Shown in pieces: positions 27,820 through 40,713 of a stretch of DNA of 64,000 bases; positions within the stretch are counted from its first letter, which is position 1; every line of letters starts with the position of its first letter. Origin of the DNA: Bugula neritina (Eukaryota > Animalia > Bryozoa); assembly GCA_964035545.1 (NCBI GenBank), contig OZ037766.1:28503673-28567672 (forward strand), written 5' to 3'. The position numbers and the translations under genes were made by a program. The notes beneath the pieces were generated by a model, which saw only the letters and a list, made by a program, of their open reading frames with translations, did not search any database and was not told where the DNA came from.

Positions 27820-28240
27820 GTAATAGCTGTTTAGTAATACTAATACTCACACTGGTAGTTATTTAGTAATACTACAGTTACTACTAATACAATCGCAATG
27901 TCAACGTGAGTTTCAAAATCAATCATCAATGCCTATTACTATTACCATTAGTATTACTATTAGTATTATTATTACTATAACTATTACTTACTCTTAGTCT
28001 TAGTAACAATACTAATAGTAATACTAATAGTATTACTGTAATAGTAATACTAATACTAATAGTAATACTAAGTCTAATACTAAGTCTAATACTAATAGTA
28101 ATAGTAATACTAATACTAATAGTAATAGACAATGATTTTGAAACTCACATCGACATTGCAATTGTATTAGTATTACTAATAGTCTACTACTGTTACTATT
28201 ACTATTAGTAATAGTATTACTAAATAACTATCACTATTAG
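27820..28240. repeat. Imperfect hairpin: ~40-bp inverted repeats enclosing and flanked by (TAA/TAG/TAC)-type low-complexity DNA
   Basis: tactaatacaatcgcaatgtcaacgtgagtttcaaaatca (~27882) is the near reverse complement of tgattttgaaactcacatcgacattgcaattgtattagta (~28133). Confidence 0.75.
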
Positions 28241-28499
28241 TATTACTATTACCTATTAGTATTAGGTATTACTTATTAGTATCACTATCACTATCAGTAT
28301 GGCTGAGTATTACATAATACTAATACTAATAGTAATAGTAATACATTTACTTTTACTTTTAGTGATTTCATGCATAACTAAAATTAACAGACATATTACC
28401 TTTAAAATTAATTAGTGGGTACGTATAGCTACCTTGAACAACTTATTAGGAATAAAACGTATCGATTTAAGTAGATTCAAAGTCACAAATTAGAACAGA

Positions 28500-28760
28500 A
28501 GCACCTACACTCTCAACTTCAAGTCCACCACGGCAAAACTTTAGTTTATTTCTCATACACGGGGAATTCCCGTATCAATAGAGCTGTAGTTGTAGTTCTA
28601 TAAGTTTTCATGTTTGTACTTTGTAGTCGAATTTCTCTACGACAATCAAACGAATAATTTGGTACCGATGCTATAAAACTCTTTGCACGCCATTTTGTAA
28701 TCAATATTCGTAGAGTTTTCTCACCCTGGCATAATTTACCTTACATAGACGTGACATTAA
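28500..28760 (-). promoter_or_regulatory. Probable kinase promoter/first exon with NF-kB-type site and YY1-type motif
   Basis: GGGGAATTCCC at 28561-28571; CGCCATTTT at 28688-28696; local CpG retention just upstream of the kinase 5' exons. Confidence 0.5.
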
Positions 28761-30482
28761 TTGTTATAAAAATAGAGCTGTATCACTCTTATAAGTTATA
28801 TATTGATCTCTCTTATTATTTAGGGCAACTTTAGGTGCTATATCTTTTACTTTTAGCCGTGAGCTTTGATCTAGTAGTTAAGAAAGTTCTGGAAAATAGC
28901 CATTCACAATTGTTTTGGTCCATAATGATGGTGTTATTTTGTAAAGATATATATCATACGTGCTTCATGTGAAAAAATTGTGTAGCAGTTATAATGAGCA
29001 GCTAGCCGTGCATTTCAATTGATTGCTTAAGTTTCTTGAGATAGTGGCAGAAAACATTGGTTTTCCTATTTGATAGCCTACCACCAAACATAAACAATCA
29101 ATATTTTAATCTGGACTATAAAAAATATGACCTTTATTTTCAGACAATATCTAATTAAATGGCATCACCAAAATAACAATTGCAGTAATGTTATAAGTGG
29201 TAATATATACTGATAGTAGTGAGACAAGTTTCCATGCATGTCCATGAGATTATTAGGACAGCCAATATTGACTAACCATACATTGTAAGATACGCTGTTA
29301 TTAGTTTGGAAATAGAAAAATAGAAATAAAATGCCAGTACTGTTTAAATCATTAGCAGCATGAAAACAGTTTGAATAATATAATATTTAAATCTTTTCCT
29401 GAATTGCTATAAACAACAAGTTTTAACATTTTAGCTAAAACTGAACATAAAACTTACAAAGTCAACTGCATAAAAAATAGACAAAGCTTTCGAAGAGAAT
29501 AGAATAATTATTCTGAGATCAACATTTGCTTATTGAGAGGCAGCATAGCATACACAATGGAATCAGCAGTCTTGCGGTGCAGTAGTTTTACTTATTTTAA
29601 ACATTTGGCAGCCTAATATAATAGGATTGTAGCTTTGCCACCAATGAAATTTAGAGGGTACGGACTGGTGTTAACATGAAGGATAACGAAAGAGAAACAC
29701 ATGAAAAGAAGCAAAAATTGATGACTGATGAGCTATAAAACTTTATAAAAAATAAATGTTATAGACTACGACGAACTCATGGACTATAATGCTTGCATAC
29801 GTAGACTTAGTGCTTCCACATTCTAAAATAGCTTTAAATAGTATAACTAAGGGACCCACTACCAAGCCCATTAACTGTGCAGATGAGCTGCGTCCACTCA
29901 ATGACATGTTATTCAAAGCCTCCCAACCCAAAGCACTGTGCTAGCTACAGCTTGTTCATGATCCTTTCGTTTTTAGATATAAGACACTGGTTTATTATAA
30001 AGTGCACTAAGCATACATACTGAGGCATGCTTTTTTACAAATATTATTTTTGAAAATATGTCAATCGTTTGTTGCCTAATAATTTTGGTAAAATAATTTG
30101 CAGTTCATAAAACAGCAATTAGAGCAGTGAGGGCTGCTAAATTAAATGCCAAACATCTTAACAATATATTATGAATATGCCAACAGCAACTTGATCAAGT
30201 GTAAAGTGTATTAGACTTGCTTAGAGATACTTGCAGCAGCTTGTAAAACACATATTTTATTACGGTGCCACGTATGTATTTTAGTTATAAATTATGGTTA
30301 ATACTGTCTTTATATAAGTTCTCATCTCAGCAAACTGCAATGGATATTGTAATTATTCATCTTTCTCGCATGAATACACAAGTCAGATATTATTCCACGG
30401 GTTTTTTTAACATGGTGAGGGAGTTCTTTTAGTGAGCTACTCTATCAATTTGCAGAAGGTATTAGTGTTCAGTTGCATTAAA

Positions 30483-31892
30483 ATGCTTTCAAAGCCAGTT
30501 TTACAAATCATATATTTGCTGCTTTTTGTATTAGTTTGTGTATTTTTAATTAGAAATACGCAGGAGTATGCTAGAAAATATTATCAGAAAAGCGCAACCA
30601 TCAGCTGGAGTAGATATACTTTTGAAAATAATACGCCAAGACTTCCTCTGGAGATCGAGAATACAGATCCATATGATATTTTCTGCTACAGACCAACCAG
30701 ACTTACTGGAGTCACACACCCTTTATCAGCTCAAGAGATAATCAATGCTATCTCAAAGAGAATGGGACATTCTGAAACTACTGAAAGGGATATTTTGGAA
30801 GGAGTGGAGTCAAACTCAATTCGAATTAATCAAAGTGATATTGGTAACATAAAAATAATATTAGGGAACAGAGCAACTCCTGATCCATTTCAAAGGTATT
30901 TTAACTTTACTTCTTGCGAGTATTCCAACTGTGTAGTAGTCAATCCCTACAGGTTGCAAGATTCTTCAACTTATCCAAGAGCTTCTCAACTTGCTGTAAC
31001 AAATGCTGCCAACATTGTACTAGCACAGATTCATCAGGCATTCATCAAGCCTACAGACCAAATGCTAAACTTACGTCCAGACCAGTATCTGGCCATATTT
31101 TCATGGGAAGCCACGTCTTGGAATGACAACACCTTTCCACCACAACTTGACGGGTTAGTAAATTTTACAATAACTCACAGAGACACGTCTGATGTCCCGA
31201 GCTGGCACTTCTATAAAGGTTGCAGATACAAAAGAAAAGCTAAGCTCCAGGCTGCAAACTATGCTCGCAATAAAACTAAGGTAGCCTTAGCTTTTATTAG
31301 CCATTGTCAGTCTATCAACTATGACCGACTCAAAATGGTAGAAGCTCTGTCTAAGTATGTACCTGTAGATATTTACGGGGCATGCGGGAAACCTGATCCA
31401 TGTAGTAATAGAAATAAAACCTGCTTGTATGAATTGTCTAAAAAATACTATTTCTATCTAAGTTTTGAGAACTCGCTTTGCAAGGATTATATAACCGAAA
31501 AGTTTTGGGAAAGATTCAGCGAGCCTGCAAACATGGTTCCCGTGGCAATGGGAGGACTTCAAATAGAGGAGTACTCAAAGCTGGCTCCTGAAAACTCTTT
31601 TATTCATGTACGGAACTTTACATCCATAGCCGAACTTGGAAACCACTTGTGGTATTTGGTAAAAAATGAAGCCGCATATAACCGCTACCATCAGTGGAGG
31701 GAAACTTGGGAAGTGACCAATTTAAAACTTTCGATGTGGTTGCCAGCATGTGAACTTTGCCGCATTGCTAACGAAAAACCACACATGCCTGCAGATAAAG
31801 CATTGTCTTGTAAATATAATGATAAGCATTGTGAAAACTATGCTGCATTTCCTATGTCTAATAAGTACAACAGTGCAAAATGGTATATATAA
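30483..31892 (+). CDS. Alpha-1,3-fucosyltransferase (GT10), single coding exon, ~469 aa, type II membrane protein
   Basis: N-terminal TM (LQIIYLLLFVLVCVFLI); FSWEA; FTITHRDTSDVP; FISHC; VDIYGACG; alpha-1,3-FucT motif YYFYLSFENSLCKDYITEKFW; PENSFIHVRNF; YNRYHQWR; CELC. Confidence 0.95.
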   Translation: MLSKPVLQIIYLLLFVLVCVFLIRNTQEYARKYYQKSATISWSRYTFENNTPRLPLEIENTDPYDIFCYRPTRLTGVTHPLSAQEIINAISKRMGHSETTERDILEGVESNSIRINQSDIGNIKIILGNRATPDPFQRYFNFTSCEYSNCVVVNPYRLQDSSTYPRASQLAVTNAANIVLAQIHQAFIKPTDQMLNLRPDQYLAIFSWEATSWNDNTFPPQLDGLVNFTITHRDTSDVPSWHFYKGCRYKRKAKLQAANYARNKTKVALAFISHCQSINYDRLKMVEALSKYVPVDIYGACGKPDPCSNRNKTCLYELSKKYYFYLSFENSLCKDYITEKFWERFSEPANMVPVAMGGLQIEEYSKLAPENSFIHVRNFTSIAELGNHLWYLVKNEAAYNRYHQWRETWEVTNLKLSMWLPACELCRIANEKPHMPADKALSCKYNDKHCENYAAFPMSNKYNSAKWYI

Positions 31893-32422
31893 CAATACAA
31901 CTAACTTTTTTACGTAACTATTGGTTAGTTGCATAGTCCATGTGTAGCTATTGCTGCAGCACTAAGTGCATCTTTAACTATTCGTAAAAAAACGCTCTAG
32001 TGATTCAAGAAATTCTTGAATTATTTGATAGTACCAATGAGAAAATGTCTGGGTGTGTAAAAAGTAGGCTTTATTGCAAATATTTTCATTTTCTTGTGTT
32101 GTCACTTTCCAGCTTTGTTTTAGATTATTGACTATACATAAAATAGTCATACAGTATGATGTTGTGTAAGCAAAGAATAACCAAAACTAACTTCATGCTT
32201 ATGGAAAACCTTTTTAATTTTACTCTGTATTTTCTGTATCTGTCAAAACATAACAATAAAGCATTAAACCATTGTTCTTCCACATAGTATGCTTGCAAAA
32301 AATTCTCATAGGTCTATAATTTTCTCTCATACCCTTACAACTTTAGGTCCATTGAAATGGAATTTGTATGGAGTTCCACATACTGGCCTTAAACTGCGAC
32401 TGTTCATATTCTTTTCATTATA

Positions 32423-32718
<296 letters not shown>

Positions 32719-33909
32719 TATGCTCATTATTCAGTTTCATAACTTTATTATTTACCTTATTATTCATTATTTATTTTCTTCTGGCTATACTATAATTAAC
32801 TCCTGTACCCTTATTATATTAATTGATGTCACAGCCGTACAACATCACCTCTCATATCCTTATTTTTACTGAAGCATTTGTGTTGCACATCACAATATCT
32901 GAGTATGTAACATTTCATCAGAATTTTAAAGATAACTGCTTTTTTACTGCACCCCATCATGTGTAAAAATTATCGCCATAGCTATTTATAATAACATCTT
33001 TTTTGCTATTGAGAAGAATGTAATTAACCAAAAAATGCTGTACCAAAATCACATGAATAGTGGACATCAAGGTTCTTCAATAGGGCTAGTTAATAATATT
33101 TGTTAATCACTGCATATAGAGTTCATACATAGACATTTTAAAATAATAATATATTAACTCATTTTATTAAGCTTGTTGATCCCTTCATTATCATGCTTAA
33201 TCATCAGATAAATTATCTGCTCATCCCCCATTAGAATGGTTAATGCTTTACTTTAATCTTACCTTATAGGAGAAGAAGCTACGGTATGAATTGTTTATGA
33301 ACAAACTACCAAGCTACAGTCTATGACAGAAGCAACTAGTACTAAGTAAAATAGTATAAAAGTCACATTTCATAATTGACCATTATCAATACAAAACTCT
33401 TAGCCATTGTACATGTACCTTTAGATTTTCAAATAAATATGAGTAAACAATTCTTAAAATAGTAATAAACTTAACTTTGAAATGTCTATCTAGCAGCATT
33501 TAAAATCATGCTGAACTGTGACTTAAATTTTGGATTTGAACTTAGTAATGCACTACGAATAATCAGAAATGTAATACATTGCTATAAGATATATAAAACA
33601 TTTAACTGGCAGCTACTGACATGCAACTATATTATATAAGTCAAAGCGATGAAGCAAATACGAGTTTTGGAAAAATATAAACAATTGAAATCATTTGTCA
33701 TATTTATTAAACGAACAGACTACAGAAACTATTAAAATTTCAACACTGATAAAAAATATGTTCAGCTTTGATTGTGTTATAGTTAAGACTGTTCCAATGT
33801 TTTTTTTTTCAAATAACTTCAATCAATAAAATTTAACAGACGAATGAATGAAATATCAACTCTTTCTTTGAAAATTTTGCAGTAAATTTAGCCTGTGATC
33901 TATAGCCTA

Positions 33910-36492
33910 TACACAGCTAGTTTAAGGTCATTACTTTCCAGATTCAAGCACTGCTTTATGTTATATATAAACGGTTTCCAGGGGATAGCTCGAACAGTTT
34001 TTGTCTCACATTAACAAATTTTACATGAAAAGATAGCTCTTGCATTCCTCTTTCATATACTTTTTTAATTTTTCAATAAAAAATTTTCTGAGAAAGTTGT
34101 TGCATAATAAGTAAAATTTTACACCCTCCATGTTCCACTGCTGTAGCACAGGGGATTCATTTTATAAAGTCTAAAAGTTAAACTTGACATTCCTTGATAT
34201 GTTTTCTCTAATATACTTTCTTTGTTTTTTGAAATTCTGTTTATGCTCTTCACAATTTGGTAAAAACATACACCATTTTGCAAGTTTCACTGCAATTTTC
34301 TAAATTCTTCATATGGTGGTTCTAGCTACGCTCCTGTGACTAATTATAACATTCCTAGTACGTTTGCCGCTCTGCGCTATCACAATAACATATAGTACCC
34401 TCTCGCACAAATTGACAATCTATTGGATTTCTGCCAATATAATGTTCCCTGTTTTACATTAGCGCTTAGCTGAATCATCTCACTATGTTACAATAATATA
34501 TTGAAAATGCCTCAGCACAACATAATTCTTTGTTTGTTTGGCAGAGTTAATTTCAGCTAAATCACTTCACTTTGCAGTCTTGTCAGTAAAGGTCTGTCTA
34601 TAGCGCAGCAGGTATACTTTCAGTTTCTCTAATTCGCATATGATTATTTTAAGTACATTGTATTCTATAAGATCAATTTAAGGTTTAGTCCAGTGTTCAG
34701 TATCTAATTATTATGCATGTATGTTGTCTTACTGTTGAACAAAAGTTAAAAAAAAACTTTACAATTATAGCCATATTTATTATACATGCGTAGGATTTGC
34801 ATAAGTTGATAAAAAAAATTGCAACAAAGCAGGGTTGAACCATGACCAACTAACTCCTCGCTGATGCCTCTAACCTCTGGACCACGCAGTCATCGAGATT
34901 GAAATGCGCACTATATGAGTAACTATCATTACATGAATATTTTGCGCGCAAATGGGTTATAATTATTAGGCTGTCAATTGATGCTGATAGCAGTCAACTG
35001 TTGCAATAGTCTCAGGTTACTAGCAAAGCTAATGGTTTTGAACAAATAACCCAAAAGTTTAAAAAATAAGTAGCTTGCGTATTGCTAGCTACAAAAACAG
35101 GTCTGAAATAGACTGGTAAAGCAAGCTCTTATTGTAGAGTTTGCAGATGTGCTCTAAAATAAAACTTAAACTGTATGCTATTACATAAGTATTTGTATGC
35201 GAGAGATAAATGGACATTACTGAGTTTCTGGAAAACAACATACTTGAACTTAACTTTGACAATGGTGTGTTATTTTCACCATACACTAGCACAGATAGGG
35301 CCTATAGCATAAATCTCTAATCATATGAATCTTTATGAAGCCCACAGCTCATGTAAGGGTGGCAAATGTAATTTGAAACTAAAAATTGTGTTGCTGCATT
35401 GTGTCTAAGGTATATTAGAGAGCAGAATTTGGTTTTACTAGCCTACCCCAACGGCATTCTACAATGCAGCTTATATGCTGGCAGTTGTAATAAGTACTGT
35501 CAATAGCAAGGTTACTATCACTGCTAGCTCTGTGCAGTATGTAACCACTTGAATAATTGCGCCAATTTTAAACTCTTGGAAGTTGGCCAAGTTATCATAT
35601 CGCAGCCAGCCACCGGAGACAAAGCATCAGAGCTATTCATATAATATTATACTGATGCACTTGGTAGCAGAGTGGCTAATCTAATATAGTTCATAGTTCA
35701 ACACCCTTTACTTTGGGAATACAGCCTCTTTTTTTAGGTTTACCTTACAAAGCATGAACATATCTAAACTGGTATTCTGATAATTTAGAGGTACATTTTG
35801 AAAACTAGGTTAATTGCACTTGTTTGCACAACAACAATAATAAAATAGATATTATGCAGTATAATAAAAACACACATAATACTATATAATATATTATAAT
35901 GATAATAATATAATATTATAAGTACCATTACTGCATTTTATAAATCACATGGTTGCCAAAAAAATGTATCACAAATTTTGTAATTATACATCAAAAATAG
36001 AACTATAGCTAGGCAGCAGGTTAGAATAGAGTAAATTTTTAAAACATGAAATCATGATTTGACTATTGTTTTATTTAGGCCAACCAACCTAGGAATACAA
36101 GATTGGGTTTTAGCTGACAGTTTATAACATTTAGCTTTTGAGCCAGCAGCACTGGCACTTGTGAAGTATAGGCAAAGTTAGTGAAGCGAGACTAACTAGC
36201 ACTCAAATACAAGGCATATTGAGACGCAATAACAAGTCAGGAGCGTATAAATTGAAAAGAATGTGGAAGGGGGACTATGTTTTTCAACAAGCTATAACTT
36301 AAACATGGATTGGTTTTTGAAAAAAATAAAAAAGTATATTGGAGAACATAAGTTTCTTTATCTTTTCATATTTTTTTTGTTCCTGTGACATTCAACCTGT
36401 TCGAGCTATCAGTGGAACATTGTTCATATAGAACATAAAGCACCTGGCAAAGAGCCAGAAAATGAAAAGTGTGACCTTAAACTAACTGTGTA
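33910..36492 (+). mobile_element. Decayed DNA transposon with ~170-bp imperfect TIRs and Sola2-like transposase remnants
   Basis: Left end tacacagctagtttaaggtca..tgctttatgtt..gatagctcgaacag..atgaaaagata mirrors the right end ..ctgttcgagctatc..aacataaagca..tgaccttaaactaactgtgta. Broken internal peptides NCMLLHK, ITEFLENNILELNFDNGVLFSPYTSTDRA, KPTAHVRVAN and YHIAASH resemble the CML / QWxSTDR / LTAHxFIAK / FATSHGK blocks of that transposase family (from memory). Confidence 0.6.
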
Positions 36493-37949
36493 GTTTATTG
36501 CCAATATTAGGCATATACATTTTTAGGTTATGACCAATTTGTAAAACTTATATCACATAATAGTTGAGAGTTAAATACAAGCCGTGGTGAACTGTGAATG
36601 AAATAAGCTAATGCTTAAAATACCTAAATAATGGACGTGTTTTTATGTAAAAGGTTAAGTCTAATCCTTATTAAGACAGTTTTATAGCTGAAATCATCAA
36701 GATTGAAAATTGATACTGAACTTTGAGTGAACATAAATAACATCTTTAGAATCTTGACAGTTGGAAATTATAAACTTTTTAGCCTCTGAATCAAAACAAA
36801 GTCAGAAAAAAATTTGTTAGCAGATTTTATTTATATGAAGAAAAAACAGCTCATTCAGGGATTTTATGTCGGATGAAAGTAAATGTTTTAGCGGACTGAT
36901 CCAGTCATTATCTGTATTCAGCTGGAAATCTTAGTTCTCATCAATGAAATGTAGCACAAGTGAAAGAGTTTGGAGTTGTCCCAATCTTGTAGCATATATG
37001 TAAGAGTCTGGAGTTGCCCTACTATGTACACATAGCATTGGAAGTATTTGGTATGATAATAACTCAAGGCCAAGCACAGTATAAAACTTTATTGTTGGAG
37101 CAAAAAAATACCATTTCTCAAACATTATATTGTTTATTTCCGATTTCTCACATCTTCTCAGAAAATGAAGCTGCTATGCAACTAGAAGTAGAGTTGTTTA
37201 CTCACTGGAACCCTGAGAAAATCAATTATGCAAAAATGTGATTTATAAAATTAGACACAAAAGTATACAGAGCTAAATGTCTTTGTAAAAAACTATTCAT
37301 GTAACATGTTCATGTAGTAAAAATACTTAATCCTAAACACATACTTAACTAAATTTATTTCATAGTCATATATTGAGACTAACCATCTTTCAAAAAATAC
37401 ACCAACTCTCTCAGCAATTTTATTAAATGCTATTTGTGATTTGTCACATTATAATATAACTAACATCATTGCATCCCCCCCACTTATTGCAACCATACAA
37501 ACAATGCTTATATACATAATTTATTCAACATAATAAATCTGGATTTATAAACACCTTTAAATATGAAATATTACAAATTACAATTATGACATTAAAACAA
37601 TTTTACATGTATCTTAGAGATAAAATCTCAAAGCTTGATCAAGTTTTCTCCAGTATAACAGTTTATAGTTCTTTGGCAGTTTGAGCGTTAACCAGACATC
37701 GACGTGAAAGTTTCTGCTAGTTGTCTAAACTCTATAATGTGAGACCATACAGAATGCATAGCTTTAGTTTCTCTTTTACTGTAACTATCATAAGCACTTG
37801 ATGTCACTGAATATTGAATAGCCAGCATTCTGTCTAAAAGAAGTCAATGCATTGAGCTCTAGGCTAAAACAGCTCTCTTTATTATAACTATATGCATGAT
37901 ATTATAGAGAAATTCTTGTACTCGTAATATAAAGTAACCCATGAAAACA

Positions 37950-38125
37950 TATTATAGTAGGTGAAATATCACGGTTTATACCATAGATATAATGGTATAC
38001 AATATATCATATAGCATGACATATCATATATCATGATATATGATATGTCATGATCTATAGTCTATACCACAACTATCATGATATCATGGTCTATACGATA
38101 AATATTATGTGATATATGATATAAC
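37950..38125. repeat. Low-complexity (atatc/atatg)n tract
   Basis: Degenerate 5-7 bp AT-rich repeats. Confidence 0.7.
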
Positions 38126-39169
38126 CTGCTCTAAGCTTCTGCTATACAGTTTAAATATTTTACTGTGCTGATTCTATAGACGTGTTATTTTCAAGTAATC
38201 AATCCTTTACAGAAGAATCACTTTCAGCCATAGTTTATATCTTAAATTCATTACAGGAGTTGTTTCATTATGCTTATATAAGTTTCGTAATACAAATTAT
38301 ACCCCATTGTTTAAAGACCGATCAATTTCTTTACCCATTATACCAAACTTAAAAGCTCTAATTATCAGCATGAATAGCTGATTATAAAAAGCATCAGAGT
38401 ATTGACTTTGTATTGAGTGTGTGACATCGATTACACGCATCATTATACAATGTTTCAGGCATTTCACTTAAGTTTGAGCTATACATATACTCGTCAGCAG
38501 TGCAAAAAACTACAGGTGAGGGTGCAGATGTACTAGCCTGCTTCTCCCAATACTGACTGATTGTAGTTAAGAGAACTATACTAGTAGCAACTGACATGAG
38601 AGGTAAAGTTATTGTTTTGGCTGTCTTACTGTGTTTCAGTGTACCCATTAGATTGTCAAATGCTGATTCTATTTTCATTTCTTTCTTTTCCTCTTGTGCC
38701 TTTATTTTTTTTATTTAGGAGCAGTAGTGGAGAAATTGAAACAGCCTAATTCCTTAAATTTTGTTGTTAAATTTTGGTTTGGGGAGCGGGTTGAAATTCT
38801 CATGAAAGCATAACTTCTTTTACTACATTTATAATCTAGAACACAGGCTTTTCTCAATTTCTCCATTACTGCACCTACCTCCTTGTTTTTATTCACCAAA
38901 ATATTGCATGACTTTTGTATGGGTTTACATGACAATTACTTTCAAGCGCTTCATAAGTTTTAGCTTATTCTTCAATATTAAGACTGAAATATATTAGGTT
39001 GCTGATGGGTTGACTGTGGCCCACCACAAGTTGTCATTCACAGAATACTAACAGCATAATCCCGCTATATTATACAATAAACTTAACTACATAGTTGCAC
39101 ATCTTAAGTTATACTATTGCGATTAGAATAATGATGACATCAGTAAGAGTCTATAAAATATTATTTTAC

Positions 39170-40318
39170 TCACACACAGGCACACACACGCACACACACG
39201 CACACACACACACACACACACAAAACACAAAACACAAAACACAAAACACAAAACACAAAACACACACACACACACAAAACACACACACAAAACACACACA
39301 CAAAACACACACACAAAACACACACACACACAAAACATACACACACAAAACACAAAACACACGCACACAAAACACACACACACAAAACACACGCACACAA
39401 AACACACACACAAAACACACATACACACAAAACACACAAAGCACACAAAACACACACACAAAACACAGACAAAACACACAAAACACACAAAACACACAAA
39501 ACACACAAAGCATACAAAACACACAAAACACACACAAAACACACACACACAAAACACACACACAAAACACACACACACAAAACACACACACACAAAACAC
39601 ACACACAAAACACAAAACATACGAACACAAAACACACACACACAAAACACACAAAACACACACACAAAACACACACACAAAACACACAAAACACACATAC
39701 ACACAAAACACACAAAGCACACAAAACACACACACAAAACACACACAAAACGCACAAAACACACAAAGCACACAAAACACACAAAACACACAAAACACAC
39801 AAAGTACACACACAAAACAGACACACAAAACACACACACGAAACACACACACAAAACACACACACAAAACACACAAAACACACACAAAGCACACACAAAG
39901 CACACAAAACACACACACACAAAACACACAAAACACACACACACAAAACACACACACACAAAACACACAAAACACACACAAAACACACACACACACAAAA
40001 CATACACACACGAAACACACACACACAAAACACACAAAGCACACAAAACACACACACACACAAAACACACACACACAAAACACACAAAACACACACACAC
40101 AAAACACACAAAACATACACACACGAAACACACACACACAAAACACACAAAGCACACAAAACACACACACAAAACACACACAACACACAAAACACACACA
40201 CAAAACACACAAAACACACACACACACAAAACAAACACACACAAAACACACACACACACACAAAACAAACACACACACAACACACACACACAAAACACAC
40301 ACACACAAAACACACACA
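39170..40318. repeat. ~1.15-kb compound (CA)n-AAAA satellite (units such as cacacaaaa and cacacacaaaa)
   Basis: The plus strand is almost only C and A; bounded by cacacacagg at both ends. Confidence 0.98.
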
Positions 40319-40713
40319 GGACAGCTATTCCGTTGCGGGAGGGCGCATAATACTGTCGGTTTAATTAGTCAGTGCACACATGTGCGCATCACATGTTATG
40401 GTATAAAAATCGAAACAATCTACCTTCATGCAGATGCAACAGGTTTCCAGGTGAGCTGCAATAACAGTCATGTGTTAGTAGTCCAGCAGATGATAAACTA
40501 TGTTGTAACAATGTTGGGGGTGGTAGCATGATATTTGCTCATGCCCATTACCTATGGGCTATCAAACATACACTATAATGTTTGTTTTTACACAAAATAT
40601 CCATATTGCATAACTCTCAGTTTACAATTTTACATAGACAATATTTGTAAGGCTAGAGTAACTTTGTTACCACTTCAATATTGTTAACAGAACAGAAATA
40701 AAGAGAGAGTGTA

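Larger units (their letters stand above)
37650..40560 (-). pseudogene. Heavily decayed Mutator-like/Kolobok-type transposase followed by a possible YqaJ-like nuclease remnant, split by a CA-rich expansion
   Basis: Ordered fragments with stops and frameshifts: PIGNGHEQ, TWKPVA, TITCDA, YYAPS, [insertion], SKIIFY, LESNCHV, QYWEKQ..SP, ADEY..EMPETLY..C, RAFKFGI, CFHGLLYITSTR. The order follows my recollection of this family; not verified. Confidence 0.45.

Noticed and set aside
27498-28132. Hydrophobic ORFs resembling membrane peptides
   Set aside because: Products of low-complexity TAA/TAG repeats.
39095-40531. Long ORFs of 381-478 aa (THTQN-rich and CVFCV-rich)
   Set aside because: Artefacts of a stop-free C/A satellite.
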